Made by a program: the position numbers and the translations under genes | From: Chrysochromulina tobinii | Taxonomy: Eukaryota | Direction: 5' to 3' | DNA: 32,934 bases | NCBI GenBank assembly: GCA_001275005.1 | Contig: JWZX01003076.1 | Location: forward strand, 1-32,934 | In this document: positions 10,101 to 17,848 of the stretch, piece by piece | Position numbering within the stretch: the first letter of the stretch is position 1 | Layout: each line of letters begins with the position of its first letter | Notes under the pieces: generated by a model | Seen by the model: only the letters and a program-made list of their open reading frames with translations | What the model was told of the DNA's origin: nothing | Database searches by the model: none

Positions 10101-10598
10101 GTGGCAAGCACAGAGCAGCTGCGGCGACGGCAGGCGACTGCCACCCCGGTGCACTCATCTGCCGCGGATGTGGCCAGGGCGGCCGCGGCGGCCGAGGGGC
10201 TCGAGCTGGTGCTGTCCTCGAAGAGTCAGACTGGCTTCAAAGGCGTGTGGAAGAGGAAGGGTGCCAAGTTCGACGTGTATGAGGTCCAGGTCACTGAGAA
10301 TGGCAAGGGGCGCTCAATGGGCACCTTTGCGACGCCGGAGGAGGCGGCCTTGTGCTACGCGAGGTACATTGAGGCGGAGCGCCAGTCAACCGCCCAGTGG
10401 CCGGCTGCACAAGAGCAAGCGCTCTTTCCGGGATTCGTCAACCCGGGAGTCCGATACACGAAAACGAGCGTCGCAGCCTCCGCCGCAGCAGTACTGCCGC
10501 CAGCACCGCCAGCTCCGCCAGCGCCGGCGCGAGCGCCGCTGCCAGCGCCGACATCCCATCGGCCGGACGCCGAAGTCGTTGTCGTTGACTCAGCATGA
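7107..10598 (+). CDS. MORC-family GHKL ATPase + S5-like domain, Tudor-like domain and AP2 DNA-binding domain (part 1 of locus)
   Basis: SHASALTAFGDLIDNARES, EDDGHGM, YGFGSKT, SLRAYCELLYL, FYHNGRLIR and LAPEHNKAVY match MORC. CYVEVWW..WWRATL..WFDLEYE is Tudor-like. TGFKGVWKR..YEVQV..SMGTFATPEEAALCYARY is AP2. Confidence 0.88.
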   Translation: MVHLLEREGPMSPSRWSGADLPWSLAAIGPQVVTQVGPRVDLELAYAEDMLEEAPAPQPVEAPAPHPDAAPYADNDAAPPIIEAGDSMWQQIAGSARVHVKLKGVHVHTCSPGGAQQHSEGVMPPRVVHFVENAATVPCESGVAPRIFEVDPMHVTVETDSEDDATADASAMPRMRVSEDLLDKLSQSHASALTAFGDLIDNARESEATMMRIDIRKHPRPAEARAGMGGAHDGVSRPQASISHGTVSGRMRTTLADLMLVLEDDGHGMSEGIVRMGLGSIGHTSKSLSGGSGLHYGFGSKTALSKLAEFCLIFTRAEGGHRTVALLSSSFSIARGMGEMLVPICTWERTADELLRETDEKTSPLTLKQRRASRDELLRCAHLPFASEAELLDVFKQGLFADGGTGTCLVCWSLKPVLTVRVHGARGDASDIVIRPNASDPPPITSLRAYCELLYLHAPSATPPLVPVLKIVLRGREVRYRNWDAYLCDLRHTVTLPDPAENEVEAQYDIVDGPGAAALRREAKKVSQQARATLTIGYAQTLDDVYNTLSWPSGSLKGVSATVMSERKRAVTEEQTGFAFYHNGRLIRILEKLVLAASNSIATSTRRITHYGQGLTGYVSENYLAPEHNKAVYKRAELFASLKNAVKRSCQKHLREKVAPRLDAIKSLPLAAAAVAATAAAAEASGSGSSLDAEVRPLPWAATPKHKGHPRKSLADECQREARMRPKDISDTTVGRVIAVSAGRYKLRMDDMLLSARSYRANELVETVFDPYELDRSMSPAPASLSGCYVEVWWLSEGDQHDDAHDDAEAAHDDWWRATLRHRPDLGESGWFDLEYEVDQTCEEVFIGISPGTRLMASVAFRRDGEKLVWKFPNVTDKDMFNLRRVDAAADELRRTMLQRMLRPECASAVLVGDTAEMPRPPASAAPASVEPASLEQPDAVAADVAPSRAAEAAASSSAMRSTARQRAAASSSAMRSIAGQRNAAPAVGAVAGVGAAAVASTEQLRRRQATATPVHSSAADVARAAAAAEGLELVLSSKSQTGFKGVWKRKGAKFDVYEVQVTENGKGRSMGTFATPEEAALCYARYIEAERQSTAQWPAAQEQALFPGFVNPGVRYTKTSVAASAAAVLPPAPPAPPAPARAPLPAPTSHRPDAEVVVVDSA

Positions 10599-13500
10599 AA
10601 GGAGTTCGACAGCGGCTGAGGAGGCGGAGGAGGCAGAGGAGGCGGAAGAGGCGGAGGAGGCGGAGGCACTCGCGGCGCCCTCGGCAAGCGGCGGTGGCGG
10701 CGGCCGTGGCGGCGGTGCTGCTGGTCGGCATTGCAGGTCGCCGACGGTGATGCTGGGCGCCAAGATCGACGCAACGTCCTTTGGCACGGTGGGGCGCCGT
10801 AATGAGCGCCCGTCAGAACGCTCGGCCGGTCCAGCGACCCTCTCTGCCGCCACCGAGGCTACCTCCGAGCAGCCTCCCGAGCAGCCTCTTGCCATCGGGG
10901 CGCGGGTCAAGGCGTGCTTTCACGCGTACGAGAAGCCCCGGAAAAATAAAGGTTGGGGGGGCTGGCCATTACTACACAGGCGCAGTGGTTGCAGTCAATA
11001 GCGACGGCACATATGGGGTAAAGTACGATGATGGCGATGTCGAGGACCGCGTCGAGCGGCGGCACATCCAGCAGATCCCCTTGTCCTCACAGCCAGCGCC
11101 ACCGACGGCCGTGAGCGGTACCGGGAGACGAGCAACTCTCCGAGGTCGTGCACGGCGCCCCGAACACTCCGTTGGAGTACGCCCCGCGGAGTGCGAGGGC
11201 CGTGTGCATGCGATGCTGGAGGAGATTGACGAGATTGACGAGATTAATGAGGCCCATGTGCATGCGATGCTGGAGGAGGCTCTCGCGCCAGCTCTCGCGC
11301 AGGCGACGCGCTTGCGCGAGAGAGCAGGGACGACGACGGCGGACGAGTCGGCTGATTGGCATGAGCGAGCGCTCGCATGGCGCAAGCAGGCGGCCGCGGG
11401 ACTCGCGCGTCTGGTGAGCGAGCCACTTTTGGCCAAGAGCGCGGGCGCGCCGAGTAGAGCGCGCGCGGCGGAGGGCGCGGGCGCGGCGCACGAGGGCTCG
11501 GCGGCGGAGGCGAGCGAAGCGATGGAGATGGACGAGGTGGACAGAATGGTCGAGGCGTCGTCCCGGGCAAAGACCTCCTCCAACGTAGCATGCGGCCGCC
11601 CTCAGCTCGCGCAGCTCAAGCAAGCATCATCTCCCACTGCTACTCCCGGGCAAAGGGCCGACGAGGAGGGAAAGGAGGGCAAGGAGGGCGAGGAGGGCGA
11701 GGAGGGCAAGGAGGGCAAGGAGGACGAGGGGCTAGAGGTGAAGGTCGAGGAGGGAGATTCCGAGATGGAGGTGGAGGAGGTCGATGAGGACGAAGACGAA
11801 GACGAGGACGCTTCGGCCGATGCGATTGGATCTGACGCGGCGCGTGGACGGCTGGCGACCATCACAAAGGAGGAGGAGGACGAGGAGGATCCTGACGCGC
11901 TCTTGGAGAAACTGGAGCAAATGAACGACGAGGAAGTGACGCTGCTGATGGAGGAGGACGCAGGCGCCGAGGCGGCGGTCGAGAGTACTGGTGCAGAGAG
12001 GGCCAGGGCAGCGGCGACAGCCGAGACCAGAGCCCAGGACGACGCCGAGACCAGAGCCCAGGACGACGCCGAGCCCTTCTCTCATGCGAGTCTCGCCCGT
12101 ACTCTGCGCGAGAGGATGGCGCAGCTCGGCGGGATTCAGTCCAAGCTGGCCTCGCGTCTCGGCTGCACCAAACAGGCGCTCTCGGGCTGGCTCCACGGCA
12201 AGTGCCCCCGCGGTCAAGAGGCGCGCCTCGACGCGATCGTTAAGGCATGGCTCGATCGTGTTGAGCAGGATCCGACTCAGATCCAATCTCGTCAGATCCA
12301 ATCTCGTCAGATCCAATCTCGTGATGAGCAGGATCTGACTCGGGAGGCTGTGGAAGAGCCTGCTCCGGCGTTGGATGAGGAGCTAACGGCCGCGTTGGCC
12401 GCGGCTGAGCGCAAAGAGGAGGCTGCGAGGAGGTTGCTCACCGAGGCCGCAGCAACTCGGGCGCAGGTGGCGGGCGCGATGCAGCAGCAGCAGGCAGCGC
12501 GCACGGCCAAGCCAGCCCGAGGCCGATCGTCCCCAGCTCGAGGCAAGGACGAGTTCAAGGACGACCGAACCGCCGTGTTGGAAACCGGATCGGCCACTGC
12601 CGACGAGAGCGCTCATGACGGCGCTCAGGTCAGGCCCTGCGAGGTTGAGAGTGCGGCGGCCGGAAGCAGCTCACCGCTCAAGCGTCCTAGGGAGTGTCTC
12701 GCCGCGACCAGCGCCACCGCCGCCGCCGCGACCGCCGCCGTGACCGCCGCAACCGCGACCGCCGCCGCCCCCCCACCACCGCAAAGGACGCAGTGGGGGG
12801 CGATGGGCCGCATGCACAAAGTGCCTGAGCGGCTACTTCCCACTATGGATCCCCGCAAGAAACCCAAGCATTGGAAGCCACCGGCGGCCGTGCCGCCGCC
12901 GCCCATGGCCGCCGCACCGCCGCCACCGGCCACGCCACCGCTCGGGACAGCGCCGCCGTTGTCGTCCCGAGCGTCGTCCCAAGCGGATCGCGATGCGGCC
13001 GAGTGGCGGGCCCCTTATGAAGCTCACGCCAAGCTCATGTACGCGGAGCTCATTGTAGGGGGCCTCGTGCGCGTGTGGTGGACGAAGACGATGGCGGGCC
13101 ATCTCGAGCGGTTCCAGTACGGCACCGTCACTGTCGTGGGGCCAGCATCATTGCCACAGCGCAAGCGTGATCCTCTCAACTGCACCTTCGAGGTCACTTA
13201 CCCCGACCAGCCGTGTGGCGCCGAGGGAGGCAAGTTCTTGCACGACCTCGAGCAGGTACACGTGGAGCGGGTGCCTGAAGGCGCTTACGATCACTACTTC
13301 CGGTCTGCTCAGCACGACGCGCTGTCGCACGCTGCATCAGAGCATGCAACCGCACCGGAGCGCAATAGCGAGCGCCCACCTCGCAAGGCCGCCGTCGCGG
13401 GCGCTGCTCGAGGGGCCGCCGCTCTAGGGGCCGCCGCCGCTGAGGCACAGGCCGTCTTAAGCGTGGGCGCACGCGTGCTCGCTCGCCATTTGGCGTCCTA

Positions 13501-14047
13501 TTCCAAGGGGGCACGTCGCCTAAAGTCGGGCGCCAACGCGTGGTGGCGTGGCACGATCTTGGCCGTTGGCTCGGGCGGTGCCACGTACAACGTCGAGTAC
13601 GATGATGATGGCGTGAAGGAGGACGTGCTTGCCAAATTTGTGCAGCCGCTGGACGAGGAGGGTGATGAGGACGAGGACGAGGACGAGGACGAAGACGAAG
13701 ACGAGGACGACGAGGACGAGGACGACGAGGAGCCCAAGCCGCCGGAGCCGCCCCACGAGGGCTCGCTGCGCTACGACATCTTCCGTGCCCTGTGCGACGG
13801 CCACTCGACGCGAGCGGCCATCATTGACTACGTGGACCAGCACGGTAAGTCGTCCACACGCGGCAAGATTACTCACGATCACAGTCTGCTGCAGGCCGAC
13901 GTGGTCACGGCACTAGGCAAGGAGACGAATCACGGCCGTCCGCCCCTCTGGTGGCAGGATGCAGACAAGTACGGCCTCACTGCGGAAGGCGAGGTCGTGA
14001 GAGCCAAAGAGAGAGCAGCACGCAAGCGCCCCATAGCGTCGCTGTAA
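10594..14047 (+). CDS. Chromatin-reader protein or continuation of MORC: three Tudor-like domains, acidic tracts, XRE/Cro HTH and C-terminal winged-helix-like domain; frameshift in G7 run at 10955-10961
   Basis: IGARVKACF..(frame change)..YYTGAVVAVNSDGTYGVKYDDGD; LRERMAQLGGIQSKLASRLGCTKQALSGWLHGK; VGGLVRVWW..FQYGTV..FEVTYPD; VGARVLAR..WWRGTILAV..YNVEYDDDG. The 5' boundary is uncertain. Confidence 0.75.
12278..12322 (+). repeat. 15 bp coding tandem repeat x3 (QIQSR)
   Basis: CAGATCCAATCTCGT in three exact copies. Confidence 0.95.
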
Positions 14048-14290
14048 TCGGCCATCTCTCATCTGCACCAGGAGATATACCGCTCGCGATTCGAGATCAA
14101 AGGGGATGCTCGAAGATGTTTGATGCGCAGTCACTGGTGAATGCACCGAGAGTTCGAGAGGCGATCTGATTGCTGCTCGCGCCTTTAGATTCCCTGTGGG
14201 ATTCTCGAAGAGCGCTCGATCGCGCATTGCTTATGACCATCACAGGCATATGATGAGCATGAGATTGCTCCTCTTTCGATCTTTCGAAAG

Positions 14291-14344
14291 TCGAGCGACG
14301 ATGGATCGGGTGTGTTTTCGAGCGACGATGGATCGGGTGTGTTT
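14291..14344. repeat. 27 bp intergenic tandem duplication
   Basis: TCGAGCGACGATGGATCGGGTGTGTTT x2. Confidence 0.92.
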
Positions 14345-14611
14345 TCCCCGCCCCCCACCGCGATGTTAAGCCTGGTCTAGCTTTCAGCAGGGACCGGGTT
14401 GTCGCGCAGGCTCACCAGGCTGCTTGTGTAGCTCTGATGAACCGCAATCACAAGTCCATTTTTGGCTCCAGAATGCGGGATTGGGAAATTAGCGATGACC
14501 ATTTTCACATTCACAGGCGCTGGATTGGGGTGCAACATCCACGTACAGTACTGTATCAACAATGAGTCGCCCGTGGGAGCACTACCAGATCCACAAAAGC
14601 AAGCCGGCGTA

Positions 14612-15946
14612 ATGATGCAAGCTGAGTGGGCTGCCGTGGTCACCATGTCGGCTGTCAGTGCCTACTTTATCTGGCGCGCACGTCACCGGTTCGAGTCGTT
14701 GAAATTGTATTCCTGCTCGAGGATGACCGCAGAAGAGGTTAGCTTCATCTCGGTTCCTATTGGTGATGTTGAGCGCCAACTTCTCGCTGTCATGGAAAAG
14801 TATGGCTGTGCACTCGTTACAGGGGTTGCCCAGGATGCCGAGCTAGAGGAGCTTGAGCGCCTAATGCACAATGATCTCGTCGCCGTCGTAGACGAGGACG
14901 CCGTCGGCGCTTTGCCACCCAGTATCCTGGGAGACTTCGCCAGATTCAAGAATGGCACGGTCCAAGATTTTCCAGCCCCGAACGTTGATTCGTTGACCGC
15001 AAGTGGGCTCCTCTTGAAGAAGTGCTTCGCGCATGGTAAAATGGCATGGCGCGTTCGGAAGCACCCCAACATTCATCGTGCATTCGCCGCTTTGTATCCA
15101 GACGATCCAGGCCCGCTCGTGTCAAGCTTGGATGTGCCCCTCCTCTCGCGCGACTTGGGAGGCGTGGCACCGTTGACGAATCCCGTGAGTGCGCACATGG
15201 ACCAGAATCTCAACGATGCGCGCGCTCACCTTCGGGACTGCGCGTACTACCAGGGCATTTTTTACGTCTGGGGCGCCGAGGCAGAGGAGGCAAGCACCAC
15301 GGTCGTGTGGCCTGGCTCGCACAACGACAAGGAGCTCCGCTCAAGGATGATGTCCGACGAGAACTTCAAGAACTGGGGCGCAGCCGGTGAACATTACTGC
15401 GCGATCTGCGACATGAAAGATGAACAGACGGCTGCAGACATTGCAGCAGCCTGGGGCAAGGCGGCGCGTCGCGTCCCGGCTCCGAGAGGCTCTCTCTTCC
15501 TATGGAGCACGAAGACACTGCACACGGGATGGCAAGCTGGCAAACGTCTCGCGCAGGCGGTAGCGCTCTCGCCCAAGTCCGAGCGGCCCGAGCATGAGAG
15601 GCTGGCAAAGCTCCGGCTCGCGGCGCTGGGCTTGCCAAGCACCCATTGGGCCCACGTGGGAATGCAGCATGATATGGTCCTGAGGGATATGGGTTACTTT
15701 GGCTTGCCGGCCGATGCAGCAGAGAGTCAGACGCGAAGAGAAAACACGCTCGGTGCAATGCCGATGCGCTCCGCGATCCGCCCATTCGGCCTCCACGAAG
15801 ACGCTCCCGTCGCCGAGCTCGAGATTCTCGCGAGGAACACGACGTTCTCGCTCTGTGGAATGTGGTGGCCATCTGAAGAGGAGAGAGTGAGATGGAGCGC
15901 CGTTTTAGAAGCGAGCGTGAAGGACGAATGCAAGGACATCCTCTGA
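14612..15946 (+). CDS. PhyH-like 2-oxoglutarate/Fe(II) dioxygenase with N-terminal hydrophobic anchor
   Basis: Facial triad HMD ... TLH, a downstream Arg (KRLAQ), VVWPGSH and GSLFLW. N-terminal segment AAVVTMSAVSAYFIW is hydrophobic. The ORF is open from 14462. Confidence 0.8.
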   Translation: MMQAEWAAVVTMSAVSAYFIWRARHRFESLKLYSCSRMTAEEVSFISVPIGDVERQLLAVMEKYGCALVTGVAQDAELEELERLMHNDLVAVVDEDAVGALPPSILGDFARFKNGTVQDFPAPNVDSLTASGLLLKKCFAHGKMAWRVRKHPNIHRAFAALYPDDPGPLVSSLDVPLLSRDLGGVAPLTNPVSAHMDQNLNDARAHLRDCAYYQGIFYVWGAEAEEASTTVVWPGSHNDKELRSRMMSDENFKNWGAAGEHYCAICDMKDEQTAADIAAAWGKAARRVPAPRGSLFLWSTKTLHTGWQAGKRLAQAVALSPKSERPEHERLAKLRLAALGLPSTHWAHVGMQHDMVLRDMGYFGLPADAAESQTRRENTLGAMPMRSAIRPFGLHEDAPVAELEILARNTTFSLCGMWWPSEEERVRWSAVLEASVKDECKDIL

Positions 15947-16602
15947 GTTTCTAGATGCTTGGCAGCTGTGCGCAGAGCAAGCGGTTCTCTCCGTTTAAAT
16001 CAGAGCGGTCCCCCCGCCTCCACGCCCCCCGCCGCACCGACGTACCCTGTCCGTGTCTCCCGTTGGAATTCAATGTTTCGAGATCTCTTCACACGGAGAG
16101 TTCACAGTCGCTTTTTTTAGAAATGTCCGGCCCGCGGCCCGGCTGCAGCGTGCAGGAGAGCCGAGGACGCGGTGCGCTTGGTTCGAACGCTCGGGACCAC
16201 GATGCACGAACGAGTGGGCAGTGGCGGAGGGCGCCGGCCGCCCCCTGCGCTCAGTCGCCGTGCCCATCTCGACGGTGGCGATCAAGTTTTGACACGTAAA
16301 CCTCGAACAAAACCTTTGACGATTTATGTGTTCACACTATGCATTCACACTAGGGCTTCACGAAACCCAAGGACCGCGACCGCCGCTCACTACACCGCGA
16401 CGAGGACTGCGCGCACCATCGCCGCCGAACCGAACACGCGCACCACGACCCACGAGCGAACAGTGAAGTGTAGGAAGTGTGCAAAGTGGGACCGTCCAAC
16501 ACGGATGGTTAGGCCCTATCGTGAGTATTCGCATTCATCCATTCTTTATCCATTCTTGCATCAATTCCTCTCAGTTGAGTCTGCCTTCTCCCAGCTTTGC
16601 CG

Positions 16603-17655
16603 TCACCTCTCCCCCGACCGCCAGCTCACCATGCGCCCGACGTATTCTGCAACCACGGGGGCCCGCATCGTCGCGCTGCCGCAATACGGGCAAGAATCTT
16701 CTGCGGCAGGATGAATGTCCGTCCAAGCTTCCCAGCACTCGACGTCCATCCAATGCGAACACGGAAAGAAGCAGACGAGACGCACGCGCTCCTCGGTGCC
16801 GCCCTTCATGAACGTGTCATGACAGGCGGGGCACCGGAGGCTTGGAAGCTTCTGGCGTAGCACGCCGGCGTCCTCCATTGTGGCAATCATGGATCCGAGC
16901 ACCATACAAAGGAGCCAATCCTCCCCTCCCGGAAACTCCAGGGTATCGGCCTCCCGCCGATGGACTTCAGCCAAGCTCAAGCTGCGGTACATGTTGAGCC
17001 TCGCCTTCAGGATGCGAAAACCGTCACCGACGCCTTTGGAAAGCCACACGTCCAGCAACACGGAGCATCGGGCTCTTTCCGGCTCGGAGAATCTTTCAAG
17101 CGCGACTGCCAAGGCGCTGACGAGCCCGTGCGCACGGTTTTCGTGGGCCCACCAGTCCCACCACTGCCATTCGGTGAAGTCCCACCAGTCCCACCACCGC
17201 CGCCCACGCCACGCGCTCTGTATGGTACCCTCAAGCGCATCAATCCTCGAATGAAAGAGGCTCTCTTCGAAGGGCAGCGCCACACGGGGGCGCCAGTCCC
17301 ATTCGGGGTGCTGGTTGACCGCATTCGGCACCACATCCCCTGGCTGCGCGCGACCCTCGGCCACGCGTCGGTGTGCCTGATATCCCGGCCCATCGATGAC
17401 AGATGCAGCCGTGCTCCGACGACGTCCACCATGTCCTGTGAGTGGGTCCCGGTCTTCACGCCCTTGCGGACGCTGAGGTGGTGGTGAGATTGATGGACGT
17501 GATTGTGAGGATGGCCTCTGTTGAATACGCGGTGGAGATCGTCGCCGGTGTAGCACCAGTGCGGCTGCCGCGAGGCAGAGTAGGACAAAGAGCAGAAGCA
17601 AAGCGACGGTGCCGAGACGAATGAGTCGCGTGAGAACGACGTCGCTCTCCTCCAT
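16603..17655 (-). CDS. Membrane-anchored RING-finger protein (putative E3 ubiquitin ligase, RING-D-like)
   Basis: N-terminal TM segment LGTVALLLLFVLLCLAAAALVL; C-terminal CPAC-x19-CSHWMDVEC-x13-CPYC. Confidence 0.72.
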   Translation of the reverse strand: MEESDVVLTRLIRLGTVALLLLFVLLCLAAAALVLHRRRSPPRIQQRPSSQSRPSISPPPQRPQGREDRDPLTGHGGRRRSTAASVIDGPGYQAHRRVAEGRAQPGDVVPNAVNQHPEWDWRPRVALPFEESLFHSRIDALEGTIQSAWRGRRWWDWWDFTEWQWWDWWAHENRAHGLVSALAVALERFSEPERARCSVLLDVWLSKGVGDGFRILKARLNMYRSLSLAEVHRREADTLEFPGGEDWLLCMVLGSMIATMEDAGVLRQKLPSLRCPACHDTFMKGGTEERVRLVCFFPCSHWMDVECWEAWTDIHPAAEDSCPYCGSATMRAPVVAEYVGRMVSWRSGER

Positions 17656-17848
17656 GAGCTCGTCGAAACGGCGGACAAGCTAAACTTCGACGTGATTTTT
17701 CCGGAATCATTCATTTGGACAAATAAGTTCAATTACTGTAACCTCTTCACTTTAAATGCGCCGACATACGCTTGGTTTCGATTTTGTTTTTACGTTCCTG
17801 TGGGGAAACTCGACTATTCGCGGGAATCGGTCAGCTTCAATTGAAGCC
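17656..17848. promoter_or_regulatory. Short AT-rich bidirectional promoter region
   Basis: About 190 bp between divergent ATGs (17655 on -, 17849 on +); 14 bp palindrome GCTTCAATTGAAGC at 17834-17847. Confidence 0.5.

Noticed and set aside
7107..10598. GHKL gene as Hsp90, MutL or a bacterial defence ATPase
   Set aside because: MORC-specific motifs (SH..A..LIDNA, SLRAYC..LY, P.HNK) and eukaryotic chromatin domains
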